64,000 bases of DNA, taken from assembly GCA_963777505.1 (NCBI GenBank), contig CAVZQN010000004.1:1216001-1280000 (forward strand), written 5' to 3'. The notes below the pieces were generated by a model that did not search any database, had not been told where the DNA came from, and saw nothing but the letters and a program-made list of their open reading frames with translations. The stretch's first letter is position 1; every line of letters starts with the position of its first letter. The position numbers and the translations under genes were made by a program. Source of the DNA: an uncultured bacterium. Lineage in GTDB: Bacteria > Acidobacteriota > HRBIN11 > JAKEFK01. Positions 19,184-29,350 of the stretch are shown one piece after another.

Positions 19184-21297
19184 TTAAGTTGTATTTTCTT
19201 TTATTGAAGGCAAGTCGAGATGAAATGTTGCTCCATGATTAGGATTATTGGTCGCCCAAAGATCCCCACCATGTTCTCGAACAATCGATCGGCAAATTGA
19301 TAACCCTAATCCCAGGCCATGCTTTTTTGTCGTAAAAAACGGCGCAAAGACCTGATCCATGCTTTCCGATTGGATACCCGTTCCGGAATCTGAGATAGCA
19401 AGACGAACGGTATGATTTGATCCTAATTCTGTGCTTAGGTTTATTTTGCGCTCACTGGGATTAAATTCGTTCATTGCTTCGGTAGCGTTAACGATCAAAT
19501 TTAAGAGTACCTGCTGTAATTGAATTCGGTCACCTGACAATGCAGGAAGTCCGGCAGCCAGCCGTAATGAGACTGTCACTTCGTGGGTGATTAATTCACT
19601 ATAGGCTAAATCCAACACCTCGCGAGTGAGCTCATTTAGATCTAGCATTTGAAATTGAATTTCACCTTTTTTGATCAAGGGGCGTAAACGTTGAATTACC
19701 TTTCCTGCGCGCATTCCTTCTGCAATTAAATCATTTAGAGCCTCACGAATTTCTTCAAAATTGATTGGTTCTTTCGCAAGAAAAAATTCCATAGCTTGAG
19801 CATTACTCAAAATCGCTGTTAGAGGCTGATTCAATTCATGGGCTAATGCGCCGGATAATTGGCCTAACATGGATACGCGTGTAAGATGCGACAATTGCTG
19901 TCTCTGTTCCCGTGATTCTGATTCAATCCGTTTTTGTTCTGTAACATCCCGGATTGTAATAATCCAACAACGTTCTCCCTCAATTTGAATCGGTTCCATA
20001 GCCACAATCGTTTGTATATTGATGCCATAATTTGTTCGCATTTCAATTGGAATATTCCGCAATACTTGTGGCGTATCCTCAGAGTTTTCAATGTTTTTGT
20101 TATCTTCCAGTTTTTGTGAAAGAGTCTTGTCCAACATTTTCCGTCCCATCACTTCTTCGCGTGCAAAGCCAAAAAGAGCGATCCAGCGATCATTGACTTC
20201 AATGATTTTCCCATCATCGTGTGCAATTACCATCGCGTCCGGACTGGAAAGGAAAGCTTTACTGAATCGCTGTTCAGAGCTTCGAAGTGCACTCTCAGCA
20301 CGTCTTCTTTCCTCTAAAACCGCCGAGAGATAGATTAACGGAATCGAAGTGAGGACCAAAAACAATTGAATAGAAAGTGCAATTTGGTTTTCTGAATATG
20401 AAGCAAAAAGGCCTTGACCCCACCTTGCTTCTGAAATTGCGATTAACTCAACAATAAGAATTGATATGCTGATCCCAGGTACTCCAAAACGCACTGCAGC
20501 CCACATCAGAAATGGCAAAGGTGCGTATAAAACTACAGAAGGAGTAACAATCCGTGAGTTCATTCCACCGAATGCAAAAATGCTAACACTTAACAATCCG
20601 ACGACAAGCAAAATGATTTCAAGATAATTCCAAACAGAATGTTTTCTAAACCAGTGTGTTCGTTCTGTAGTCCAGGATAATATCACCGGCACTATAGTGA
20701 GTGTGGCCAGAACATTGGAGAAAAATCTCATGCGCCATAGCTTGCCAATAGCTCTCTTGACCATATCCATTCAATTTGACTAAAGCGCTATCTAGAAATG
20801 TAGAAAGGAACGTGCCTAAAAATACGGCGCAGATCAAAAAGACAGAAACACTTTGAAAGCTATTTAGCTTAAATTCATTTCCACAAAATCGGCGTATTAG
20901 ACCAGCGCCGATCACCGCTTCGAAACAGTTGCTTACAAACCAGCTAAGGATCATTGGAATCGGCACATTACTTTGAAGTTCTGCGGCGAGATGGGCTGGA
21001 AGTGCGGCGAGAATTAAAAACCACCAGGTTCTGGTTGGGGCAAGTAATAGTGCAGCCAATAAAATGGCATTAGGGGGCCATAATGTCGAAACGGGATTCG
21101 GTTGAAATGTCAGAAGAAATCCGACTCTTGCACCAATGTAGTAGCCCAGACGATGCAAGCAGAATTGCAAATATTATCCGGTTTGTCGACAAAAACGCAT
21201 CCTGAGCGTATAGACTGCGAATCGAAAATCGGCTCAAACCGTCAGATGAAATACTTGATTCGGCTTGCGAAGAATTCCATTCCATAGAACCTCGCAA
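19184..21297 (-). CDS. MASE1-PAS histidine kinase (FixL/NodV-like), frameshifted near 21150 and 20745
   Basis: MASE1 (LWPPNAILLA; LPFLMWAAVRFG), PAS, H-box LAHELNQPL and FFTTKKHGLGLGL are spread over three overlapping ORFs. Confidence 0.85.
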
Positions 21298-21471
21298 ATT
21301 TTCGCATACTCGTCGGATCTACCGCTTGGCTCGCGAGAAACGGCAACAAACATATTTTAAGTCATTTTGTCTTTTTATCAATTCAATCTAATTCGTGATT
21401 CAGAGCTGTATATCGGGGATGACAATTTTTCAACGGGCATTTATTAAGAGATAGAAGATCGAATGGTGGGA

Positions 21472-21496
21472 GGGCGGATCTTAGGCCCGCCCCTAC
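21472..21496 (-). repeat. GTAG-type REP-like palindrome
   Basis: Minus strand GTAGGGGCGGGCCTAAGATCCGCCC, intergenic. Confidence 0.6.
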
Positions 21497-21507
21497 GCAT
21501 CAGAAAA

Positions 21508-22321
21508 TTACGAAGCTTTGGTCCTTGCTGCTACATCATCAGAATTAATATCAATCGTAATCATGAAACCATTCGTACCCTTGAACTCGAAAGCTTTTGA
21601 GCCTTCGCGATATGCTTCAACTACATTCGGCATAAGAATGAAACCATCATTTCTTGGTGCTCCCCAATAAGGAAGGTTTTTGATCACGACAGGCTGATCG
21701 GACATTCCTTTAAATCGTTGAAGTTGAACTTCTGCTGTCTTTCCCGAATCCAATGTGGCATGAGCTGTATCTTTCGTGAACTCCCATCGATCGATATCTC
21801 CTTCCGCGGTTTCAAATGAACCCCATTCCACCGGAAAAACACTTGGCATGATTTTCCCGATTGACGCGCGCTGCTCAGCGAGTCAATTTTTTGTCGAAAT
21901 ATAATTTTGCCCATTCCATTTTTCCGTTAGACCAATCTGCACCGAGATCAGTAACAACCCAGAATTTACCGCCATCCAATTTGACGTTCCCAACATAACC
22001 CGCGTTCACTTTGTAAGCGAGATTTGCGCGGCAAAAATGTTGTGCACCTTCTGAGCCATGGGAGTGATGTCCCGCTGACGCTGTTTCTTTTGAACCATTC
22101 GGTTGATGCGCTGCTGGCTTGGTGTTGAAATAACATTGGCAAAACATTGGACAGCTACACGCCTCAATGGCTGTTGCATTCAAACTCCATTCAGGCTTCG
22201 GTTTTGCGGCGCTAACTGCTGAAGCAAGAACTGCGAAGCCCGCAAGAATCGACAGAACAAAAACAATCTTTCCGAGTTTGTTCCCCTTTCGTTTCAAAAT
22301 GTCACTGTTGGTTGTTGTCAT
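21508..22321 (-). CDS. DUF1326-like secreted protein, frameshifted near 21880
   Basis: Signal peptide, EACSCPMFCQCYF and HFCRAN motifs. Removing one base joins ...KKLT to AEQRASIGKIMPSVF... Confidence 0.7.
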
Positions 22322-22445
22322 ATCTTTCTCCTAAAATCTTTTGCAAAGTTATTGAACCCTCAGAAAACTCCAGTAACAAATAAAGACGAACGAAAAGGGG
22401 AGTGAACAAAGCGAAGAGTTGGACATTCCTGCATTGAAACATAGC

Positions 22446-22503
22446 TTGACAAGGTCAAGTTAAAAGGATATTTTACCAATAGGTTAATTAACCAAATGGT
22501 GAA
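22446..22503 (+). promoter_or_regulatory. Sigma70 promoter and tandem ArsR operators
   Basis: TTGACA-17 bp-TATTTT, followed by TTACCAATAGGTTAA and TAACCAAATGGTGAA just before the start codon. Confidence 0.7.
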
Positions 22504-22505
22504 AT

Positions 22506-22862
22506 ATGATGAAACAAGATCAACTCAGCTCTACATTTGCAGCCTTAGCTGATCCGACGAGGCGGGCCATTCTGGCACGTCTCGCCACAGGAGAAACTTC
22601 TGTGAATGAACTTGCTAGACCTTTTGAAATGACCCTTCCGGCGATTTCAAAACGTCTTAAGGTTCTTGAACGTGCAGGCCTAATAACGCGCGGCCGCAAA
22701 GCTCAATGGCGTCCGTGCAAATTGGATGCAGCGCCATTGAAGGAAGTTGCTACATGGGTCGAATTTTATCGAAAAATTTGGGAGCAGAGATTAGATCAGT
22801 TAGCAGAGTATCTGATTGAATTGAAAAAAAAGGAGAAAAAATATGGCCGAAAAAAGAAATAA
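22506..22862 (+). CDS. ArsR/SmtB-family regulator (SRPBCC-associated)
   Basis: [16 protein letters not shown]...AQWRPC...W..RLDQL. Confidence 0.93.
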   Translation: MMKQDQLSSTFAALADPTRRAILARLATGETSVNELARPFEMTLPAISKRLKVLERAGLITRGRKAQWRPCKLDAAPLKEVATWVEFYRKIWEQRLDQLAEYLIELKKKEKKYGRKKK

Positions 22863-23331
22863 TTCAGATGATCTCGTCATTACGCGGATTTTTGATGCAC
22901 CCCGAGAAGTTGTATGGAAAGCATGGACGGAACCTGAACGCGTAAAGAAGTGGTGGGGTCCTAAAGGCTTCACTGCGCCAGTAGTAAAAAGTGATTTCCG
23001 TGTAGGCGGTAAATTCCTTTACTTAATGCGGTCCGCTGATGGCAAAGATTATTGGAGCACAGGCGTGTATCGCGAAATCGATCCGCTCAATCGTATCGTT
23101 TCAACCGATAGTTTCGCTGATAAAGACGGCAACATTGTTCCAGCATCCCAATATGGGATGGAGGGTGATTGGCCATTGGAATTGATGGTTACTGTCACGT
23201 TTGAAGATCACGACGGGAAAACAAGATTCACTTTGAGGCATGCTGGATTGCCGCAAGGAGAAATGGCGAAAATGACTTCAGATGGATGGAACGAATCGCT
23301 CGATAAATTTGAAGCTTCCCTGAAATCCTAA
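22843..23331 (+). CDS. SRPBCC/AHSA1-like protein
   Basis: [22 protein letters not shown]...WWGPKGF...GWNESLDK. Confidence 0.93.
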   Translation: MAEKRNNSDDLVITRIFDAPREVVWKAWTEPERVKKWWGPKGFTAPVVKSDFRVGGKFLYLMRSADGKDYWSTGVYREIDPLNRIVSTDSFADKDGNIVPASQYGMEGDWPLELMVTVTFEDHDGKTRFTLRHAGLPQGEMAKMTSDGWNESLDKFEASLKS

Positions 23332-23341
23332 CCAAACTCAA

Positions 23342-23386
23342 GATTAACCGCGGAGACCTCTGAGCCTCTGCGGTTAATCCTTTTCT
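23342..23386 (+). terminator. Intrinsic terminator
   Basis: Stem GATTAACCGCGGAG / CTCTGCGGTTAATC followed by CTTTTCT. Confidence 0.7.
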
Positions 23387-23427
23387 CTGGCCTGAATTCA
23401 ACAGAATTGTTATATTCTCAGGGCATT

Positions 23428-24870
23428 ATGAGACTACTTTTAGCAATCTTGATCAGTCTTTTGTTCCTTTATGAAGTTGAAAGCGCTCCAATTGTTCGCG
23501 GGGTTGCACCGAATGGTACAGCGGCTGGTGAATCACTCAGCGTACGAATCGTGGTAGAAAATATTTCTACTTTGGTGCATGAGGATGAAATTTCCTTCGG
23601 CAATGGAATCAGAGTTTCATCAATCGTGAAGCAATCGTTTCAAAATCGTCTTGATCGACGCATGTTATTCATGCAGGTGGAAATCGATGTAGATGCGTCT
23701 GCTGCTGCAGGTGATCGAGTTGTAACGGTTGCAGGCTCATCACCCAATACCGCATCTCATTTTTACATTCGGTCATCGCCGGAAATATCGTTCAACCATT
23801 TCAAGCAGATCAACTCAGATCTAATTCCATTGCATTTACTCCCCGATAATCTAGATGATGATTCAAGGGATGAACTGGCTGCAGTATATCTGAGTCCGTT
23901 TGCTGATGGGTTCGTGGATGTGATCCATCCAACAGAAAATGAAAGTCATCGAATCTATTCGTTTTCAGAAGGTCACCTTGTTTCCACAAGAGAAGCTGTT
24001 TTAGCCGATCAAGATGGCGATGGTTTTCAGGATCTATCGGTCTTGAACTGGCTGCAGTTTGATGTTGCCGGAGGAGTGCTGGTTCGTCACCGCAATAAAG
24101 GGGATGGAACGTATGAAATTGTATCGGACCGGCCGTCGAGGATCGGAGATCTATTTATCACAGCTGGTAATTTTGATGGAGACCGTTTGGATGATATTGC
24201 AGTCGTAGGATATATCGGTGAAATTGTCGTAATCACTGGAAATGGCAAACAAATCCGAGTTAAAACAATTCCTAAAAACTTCCGCGGTGAAGTGCACGGC
24301 CTTGTCGCCGCAGATGTGAATCGTGATGGTTATGATGACCTTACGATCGCTGTTGATAATGAGGTAAGCGGGAAAAAAGAATTCAGGATCGCAATTGCGA
24401 ATCGTGATGGGTCATTTCAAACAGCACGCCGAATTTCACTTCCGAACAAAGAAGAAGGTCCATGGGTATATGCGATTGCTGATTTGGACAATGATGGCAA
24501 AATGGAATTCATTTATACAACCGATCGATACCGATCTGTTATTGTAGCTACCTACATTGATGGAGTACTTACACCACGAAATTCGATCCGCGTAGAATGC
24601 AATGCTTTTGCGGTGGGTGATTTGGAAGGCGATGGAGATGCGGATGTTGCGTGTGTAGGAAGTGATATCGATCAGATCGCATTATTTCGAACAACCGGCT
24701 CTACATTCTTACCGCGCGTTACCTTTCCTGCACCGCGTTTTCCTGTTTCAATCGCAATTGGTGATTGGAATGCCGATCAAAAACCGGATCTTGCTACAGG
24801 TTTTGGAAAGATGTATTTTCCGCATTTACCAAACGAACGGAACGGCCTCACATTCTTTTTGCAAAATTAA
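23428..24870 (+). CDS. Secreted FG-GAP/VCBS-repeat beta-propeller protein with an N-terminal Ig-like domain
   Basis: Signal peptide and about 7 repeats of the type DxDGDGxxDL (ADQDGDGFQDL, GNFDGDRLDDI, ADVNRDGYDDL, ADLDNDGKMEF, GDLEGDGDADV, GDWNADQKPDL). Confidence 0.88.
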   Translation: MRLLLAILISLLFLYEVESAPIVRGVAPNGTAAGESLSVRIVVENISTLVHEDEISFGNGIRVSSIVKQSFQNRLDRRMLFMQVEIDVDASAAAGDRVVTVAGSSPNTASHFYIRSSPEISFNHFKQINSDLIPLHLLPDNLDDDSRDELAAVYLSPFADGFVDVIHPTENESHRIYSFSEGHLVSTREAVLADQDGDGFQDLSVLNWLQFDVAGGVLVRHRNKGDGTYEIVSDRPSRIGDLFITAGNFDGDRLDDIAVVGYIGEIVVITGNGKQIRVKTIPKNFRGEVHGLVAADVNRDGYDDLTIAVDNEVSGKKEFRIAIANRDGSFQTARRISLPNKEEGPWVYAIADLDNDGKMEFIYTTDRYRSVIVATYIDGVLTPRNSIRVECNAFAVGDLEGDGDADVACVGSDIDQIALFRTTGSTFLPRVTFPAPRFPVSIAIGDWNADQKPDLATGFGKMYFPHLPNERNGLTFFLQN

Positions 24871-24874
24871 CGCA

Positions 24875-24899
24875 GCAGGGGCGGCTCTTAGACCCGCCC
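24875..24899 (+). repeat. REP-like palindrome related to the 21472 copy
   Basis: GCAGGGGCGGCTCTTAGACCCGCCC. Confidence 0.5.
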
Positions 24900-24907
24900 A
24901 AATTTCG

Positions 24908-25468
24908 ATGATAAAACGTCCAGCTCGTGCACAAATTCGGTCTGCAGGCAACAAGACGCTTCAAGATGTCATCGCGCATAATTTAACTGTGCTGTTTTGT
25001 GGAATCAATCCTGGGCTTTATTCCGCTGCAGCCGGTCACAACTTTGCTCGACCGGGCAATCGATTCTGGCCTGCGATGTTTGGCGCCGGTTTCACGGATC
25101 ACCTTTTTCAACCATCAGAAGAAATGAAGCTTCTCGACTCTGGTTATGGAATTACAAACATTGTAGAAAGAGCAACTGCAAGTGCCGATGAGTTGACAAA
25201 AAAAGAATTGATTGATGGAGCGAAAAAGCTCACGGCAAAGGTTCGTTTGTATAATCCGAATTATCTCGCCGTTGTGGGACTGACCGCTTACCGAATTGCT
25301 TTCAGTGTTCCAAAAGTAAAAATCGGATTGCAGGAGAATAGGATTGGCAAAACGCGCATTTGGGTCTTACCGAATCCGAGTGGATTAAATGCACATCATC
25401 AATTACCGGATCTCATCCGGCTTTTTAGTGAATTTCGAGCCCATATTTTACAAACCAGAAACGGGTAG
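24908..25468 (+). CDS. mug: G/U mismatch-specific DNA glycosylase
   Basis: LFCGINPGLYS, FARPGNRFW and VLPNPSGLNA motifs. Start placed at ATG 24908. Confidence 0.93.
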   Translation: MIKRPARAQIRSAGNKTLQDVIAHNLTVLFCGINPGLYSAAAGHNFARPGNRFWPAMFGAGFTDHLFQPSEEMKLLDSGYGITNIVERATASADELTKKELIDGAKKLTAKVRLYNPNYLAVVGLTAYRIAFSVPKVKIGLQENRIGKTRIWVLPNPSGLNAHHQLPDLIRLFSEFRAHILQTRNG

Positions 25469-25567
25469 CAAGGAATCTATCATATATATATGTCGATATA
25501 AGAATTCCCGGAACGACTATTGAGTGTAAGGAAAAGTGGCATCAAAATTAAAAAGGAGAAATTTATT

Positions 25568-26059
25568 ATGAAACTCATGAACTGGACTTTAATTCTTATT
25601 TTGATTGCCTTACTGGCAACTCCAATCTTTGCACAGGACATGCCTAAAATTGATGGAACTTTGAAGGCCGATCACATTTTTCAGCACAATGGTTTGGCGC
25701 TCCGTGGATATGATCCTGTTGCATATTTTTCTCAAAGCAAGGCAGTTGAAGGCAACAAGCAATTTGAAGACACCCATTTAGGTGCAACCTGGCGTTTTGC
25801 AAGCGAAGAAAACCGCGATGCTTTTAAGAAGAATCCGGATCGTTATCTTCCACAATATGGAGGATACTGCGCTTTTGGTATGAGTAATGGATATGCTGCA
25901 CCTATCGATCCACAGGCATGGAAGATAATCGATGGGAAGCTTTATCTGAATTACAGCCTTGATGTTCAAAAAGAATGGATCAAGGATCCTCCTGGTTTTA
26001 TCTCAAAAGCCGATAAGAATTGGCCGAAGATTCCTAAAAATGCAAAAAACGCTGATTAG
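25568..26059 (+). CDS. Secreted YHS-domain protein
   Basis: RBS AAGGAG, signal peptide, GYDPVAYF, PQYGGYCAFG and GKLYLNY motifs. Confidence 0.9.
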   Translation: MKLMNWTLILILIALLATPIFAQDMPKIDGTLKADHIFQHNGLALRGYDPVAYFSQSKAVEGNKQFEDTHLGATWRFASEENRDAFKKNPDRYLPQYGGYCAFGMSNGYAAPIDPQAWKIIDGKLYLNYSLDVQKEWIKDPPGFISKADKNWPKIPKNAKNAD

Positions 26060-26130
26060 CGATTTGTACCGCTGGCCTCTGGCCGGCTCCTAAAAATGAA
26101 CCGCAAAGGCGCAAAGTCAAAACCGCTGGC

Positions 26131-26178
26131 TTGACATTTAGACTCAGACGCATAATATTCAACCATATGGTTGAATAT
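26131..26178 (+). promoter_or_regulatory. Sigma70 promoter plus perfect 24-bp operator palindrome
   Basis: TTGACA at 26131 and a TAATAT-like -10 at 26153. ATATTCAACCAT|ATGGTTGAATAT (26155-26178) overlaps the ATG at 26167. Confidence 0.75.
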
Positions 26179-26550
26179 ACTGAACAACTTGACCACACGT
26201 TTCACGCGGTAGCGGATCCAACGAGGCGAGCCATTCTCAAAATGCTGTCGAAGCGCCAAGCGCGCGTCACCGAAATCGCCAAATCCTTTCCTTATTCATT
26301 AAACGCAATTTCGAAGCACATCAAGGTGTTGGAACAAGCAGGGCTGATCCGCAGAGAAATTAAGGGACGCGATCATTTTTGCCAAATGGATCCTGCTCCA
26401 CTACAGGAAGCATCCGACTGGTTTGCGTCTTATCGGCAATTCTGGGAAGTGCGTCTCGATGCGATGGAACGCCACATCATTCTGAATAGAAAGCGGAGGA
26501 AAAATCGTGTCAGATCAAGCAGAACAAAACGAAACAATCGTAATTCGTAA
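26167..26550 (+). CDS. ArsR/SmtB-family regulator
   Basis: [17 protein letters not shown]...ISKHIKVLEQAGL...FWEVRLD. Confidence 0.92.
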   Translation: MVEYTEQLDHTFHAVADPTRRAILKMLSKRQARVTEIAKSFPYSLNAISKHIKVLEQAGLIRREIKGRDHFCQMDPAPLQEASDWFASYRQFWEVRLDAMERHIILNRKRRKNRVRSSRTKRNNRNS

Positions 26551-26956
26551 GATTATTGCTGCCACACAGGAAGAAGTATTCCAGGCATGGACCGATCCCG
26601 AAAGCATGCGTCACTGGATGCAGGGAAGTGAGGACATACAGGAATCGGAAGCACAACTGGAAGTACGCCCCGGCGGCAACTTCCGTATTACGATGAAAGG
26701 AAAAGACAAAGATCACGTTCACACCGGACAATATCGCATTGTGGAACCCCCATCACGGCTCGTGTTCACATGGATTTCAAAATCAACAAACGAACAGGAA
26801 ACTCTTGTCACTGTGGAACTGAAACCACGCGGAACAGAATGCGAGCTGACTCTGACTCATGAAAAGCTGCCCGGCAAAGAAGCCGCTTCAGGTCACCAAG
26901 ATGGATGGACCCGGATTGCAGAATTGCTGGCGCAACATTTGGCAAAGAGAGGATAA
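26507..26956 (+). CDS. SRPBCC/AHSA1-like protein
   Basis: GTG start with GGAGG RBS; EEVFQAWTDPE...PPSRLVFTW...HQDGW. Confidence 0.92.
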   Translation: MSDQAEQNETIVIRKIIAATQEEVFQAWTDPESMRHWMQGSEDIQESEAQLEVRPGGNFRITMKGKDKDHVHTGQYRIVEPPSRLVFTWISKSTNEQETLVTVELKPRGTECELTLTHEKLPGKEAASGHQDGWTRIAELLAQHLAKRG

Positions 26957-26960
26957 AAAA

Positions 26961-27158
26961 ATGTGCCCCGCGTGTATCTCAAACATAGCCATAGCGGTTG
27001 CTGTTGGTGTGACTTCAACAGGCGGGCTGACTGCTTTCATAGTGCAAAGACTTCGTTCAAAGAATACGAAGAATATCCCAACGAAGAAATCAATAGGAGT
27101 ACAAGATGAAAACAAATACAGAGGAAATAATTTATCCAAAAATCGTAACACGAAATGA
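26961..27158 (+). CDS. Small CxxC membrane peptide (MCPAC...)
   Basis: ATG 5 bp after the SRPBCC stop with a GAGG RBS. Sequence MCPACISNIAIAVAVGVTSTGGLTAFIV, then a basic tail. Confidence 0.65.
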   Translation: MCPACISNIAIAVAVGVTSTGGLTAFIVQRLRSKNTKNIPTKKSIGVQDENKYRGNNLSKNRNTK

Positions 27159-27846
27159 GTGGCTTGCTGCTCGCAAGGCATTCCTCACCAAGGAAAAGGA
27201 ATTCACACATCAACGAGACTCTCTCAGCGCAGAGCGAAGAAAGCTCCCGATGGTAAAAATCGAAAAGGAATATGTATTCGATGGTCCTGAGGGTCCAACG
27301 AATCTACAGGATCTGTTTGAAGGACGCAGACAGCTGATCATCTATCACTTCATGTTTGATCCTGAGTGGAACGAAGGCTGCAAGAGTTGCTCTTATGTGG
27401 CGGACAACTTCCAGGGCGCAATCCTTCATCTTCCGGCGCGCGACACATCGTTCGCTGTCATTTCACGCGCGCCTCTTTCAAAACTCGAGCCGTTCAAACG
27501 TCGTATGGGTTGGAACTTTCACTGGCTCTCCTCTTTCAATAATGATTTCAACTACGACTTTCATGTCACTTTGGACGAAGCGAAAGGGAGCGTTGAGTAT
27601 AACTACGAAAATACGCGAGTGCTCAAGGAAGAGGGCGAGATTCCGGATACAAAAGGCGAGATGCCGGGTCTTAGCGTTTTCCTTCGCGATGACGCAAACA
27701 TATTTCACACATACTCAACTTACATACGTGGTCTCGATCTCCTAATGAACACATACAACTACCTGGATTTGACACCGCTCGGGCGGCAGGAAGATCACGA
27801 ACCGGGGATGGGTTGGCTCCGACTTCATGACAAGTACACGACATAA
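27106..27846 (+). CDS. DUF899 thioredoxin-like protein
   Basis: EWLAARKAFLTKEK, LFEGRRQLIIYHFMF, CKSC and LDLTPLGRQE motifs. Confidence 0.93.
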   Translation: MKTNTEEIIYPKIVTRNEWLAARKAFLTKEKEFTHQRDSLSAERRKLPMVKIEKEYVFDGPEGPTNLQDLFEGRRQLIIYHFMFDPEWNEGCKSCSYVADNFQGAILHLPARDTSFAVISRAPLSKLEPFKRRMGWNFHWLSSFNNDFNYDFHVTLDEAKGSVEYNYENTRVLKEEGEIPDTKGEMPGLSVFLRDDANIFHTYSTYIRGLDLLMNTYNYLDLTPLGRQEDHEPGMGWLRLHDKYTT

Positions 27847-28017
27847 ATGGAGATCAAAATGTTTCAGAAAATTTTAGTACTTGCAGTTTTCTTAAAGAGC
27901 TATTAGTGCAAACAGTGATGCTGCAAAATAAAATCGAGCCGGTTCCGCGAGATGGAAATTCAACTAGCGTTAAGCTCATGCTGCCGCACCTCAGAGGTCT
28001 TGAATGTTCTTGCTATC

Positions 28018-28042
28018 AGGCGACCACAAGGGTCGCCTCTAC
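28018..28042 (-). repeat. GTAG-type REP-like palindrome
   Basis: Minus strand GTAGAGGCGACCCTTGTGGTCGCCT, just downstream of the amidohydrolase stop. Confidence 0.6.
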
Positions 28043-28045
28043 CAG

Positions 28046-29350
28046 CTAGGGTTGTTTTACAACAACTCCGTCTTTCATGACAAATACAACTTTTTCTGTA
28101 GCGCGAATATCTTGAAATGGATTTCCTGTCATCGCGATAACATCGGCAGTTTTCCCTGGTTCGAGTGTACCGATTTCTTTTTCCAGACCAATCGCTTTCG
28201 CAGCATCGATAGTTGCAGTACGTAACGCAGCGAGCGGGCTCATGCCATGATCTACAAGAAGTGCAAACTCTTGCGCATTTAATCCATGCGGAGAAACGCC
28301 GGAGTCAGTACCGAATGCGATTTTTACACCATGTTTTAATGCGTTTTTAAAGGTTTCGGATCTTTTTGACATGGCTTCTGCCGCTTTTTTTTGAAGTTCA
28401 GGAGGCATTGTTTTAGCGGCTGGTCCTTTGCCAGCATATTCTCCGGCCAGAAGGGTGGGAACAAGCCACGTTCCTTGCTTTGCCATCATCGTCAACACTT
28501 CATCATTCAGAAATGATCCATGTTCGATTGTGTCTGCGCCGGCTTTTACGGCAACTTTCGCTCCTTCCGCGCCATGTGCATGAACTGCAACCCGTTTTCG
28601 CAGGCGATGTGCTTCATCAACGATTGCATCCATTTCTGCTTGTGTGATTTGTGGTGTATCCACTTCATCTCCAATCGATAACACTCCACCAGTTCCGCAA
28701 ACTTTGATTACATCTGCTCCATATTTAATTTGATAGCGGACGGAGTCGCGAAATTCGTCAGCACCCGATGCGATTCCATCCTCAATGGAACTTTCTTCGC
28801 CGAATGTATTTTCTGGAAAGCCAGTTTCATCACAGTGTCCTCCGCGTGCACCTAATGCATTCGTTGCCGCTAAGATGCGTGGACCTAAAACCAAACCTTT
28901 GTTAATCGCATTCCGCAGTCCTGCATCAATCCGATAATTGGAACCTAAATTTCGGACCGTTGTGAATCCAGCATCCAACATTTTTCTGGAAAACACCGAA
29001 GCGCGAATTGATTGCTCAGGAACATTCATCCGCAGACCTTCATAAAATGTCTGCAAAAAATTCGTTCCGATTTCTCCTGACGTATGAACATGAAGGTCAA
29101 TGAATCCGGGAAGTAACGAAACATCGCCAAGATCAATTACGTTAGCTCCGGCCGGAATCGCAGTTCCCGACCCTACACTTTTGATTTTTCCATTTTCAAT
29201 AATCACGATGCCATTTGCGATAGGGGCTTGTGATTGACCATCCCAAACGCGGCTAGATCGCAACACAGTTATGGGATTAGTTGGGCTTTGAGCAAATAAA
29301 GATGAATAACAAGCGACCAAAAATACAAAAGCGGACACAACGATTTTCAT
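28046..29350 (-). CDS. Secreted amidohydrolase (Xaa-Pro dipeptidase-like)
   Basis: PGFIDLHVH, AVHAHG, IEHGS and FGTDSG metal-binding motifs; signal peptide. Confidence 0.93.
   Translation of the reverse strand: MKIVVSAFVFLVACYSSLFAQSPTNPITVLRSSRVWDGQSQAPIANGIVIIENGKIKSVGSGTAIPAGANVIDLGDVSLLPGFIDLHVHTSGEIGTNFLQTFYEGLRMNVPEQSIRASVFSRKMLDAGFTTVRNLGSNYRIDAGLRNAINKGLVLGPRILAATNALGARGGHCDETGFPENTFGEESSIEDGIASGADEFRDSVRYQIKYGADVIKVCGTGGVLSIGDEVDTPQITQAEMDAIVDEAHRLRKRVAVHAHGAEGAKVAVKAGADTIEHGSFLNDEVLTMMAKQGTWLVPTLLAGEYAGKGPAAKTMPPELQKKAAEAMSKRSETFKNALKHGVKIAFGTDSGVSPHGLNAQEFALLVDHGMSPLAALRTATIDAAKAIGLEKEIGTLEPGKTADVIAMTGNPFQDIRATEKVVFVMKDGVVVKQP

Noticed and set aside
21875-21877. TGA ending the DUF1326 ORF as a second selenocysteine codon
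   Set aside because: In-frame readthrough gives no plausible sequence. The protein continues in another frame, so this is an indel and not at a Cys position.
24662-24907. N-terminal extension of Mug (268-aa ORF)
   Set aside because: It overlaps the FG-GAP gene out of frame and crosses a REP-like hairpin. The start at 24908 is more plausible.
27847-27995. Short signal-peptide-like start (MFQKILVLAVFL) after DUF899
   Set aside because: It stops within 20 codons. It may be a gene remnant, but I cannot assign it.
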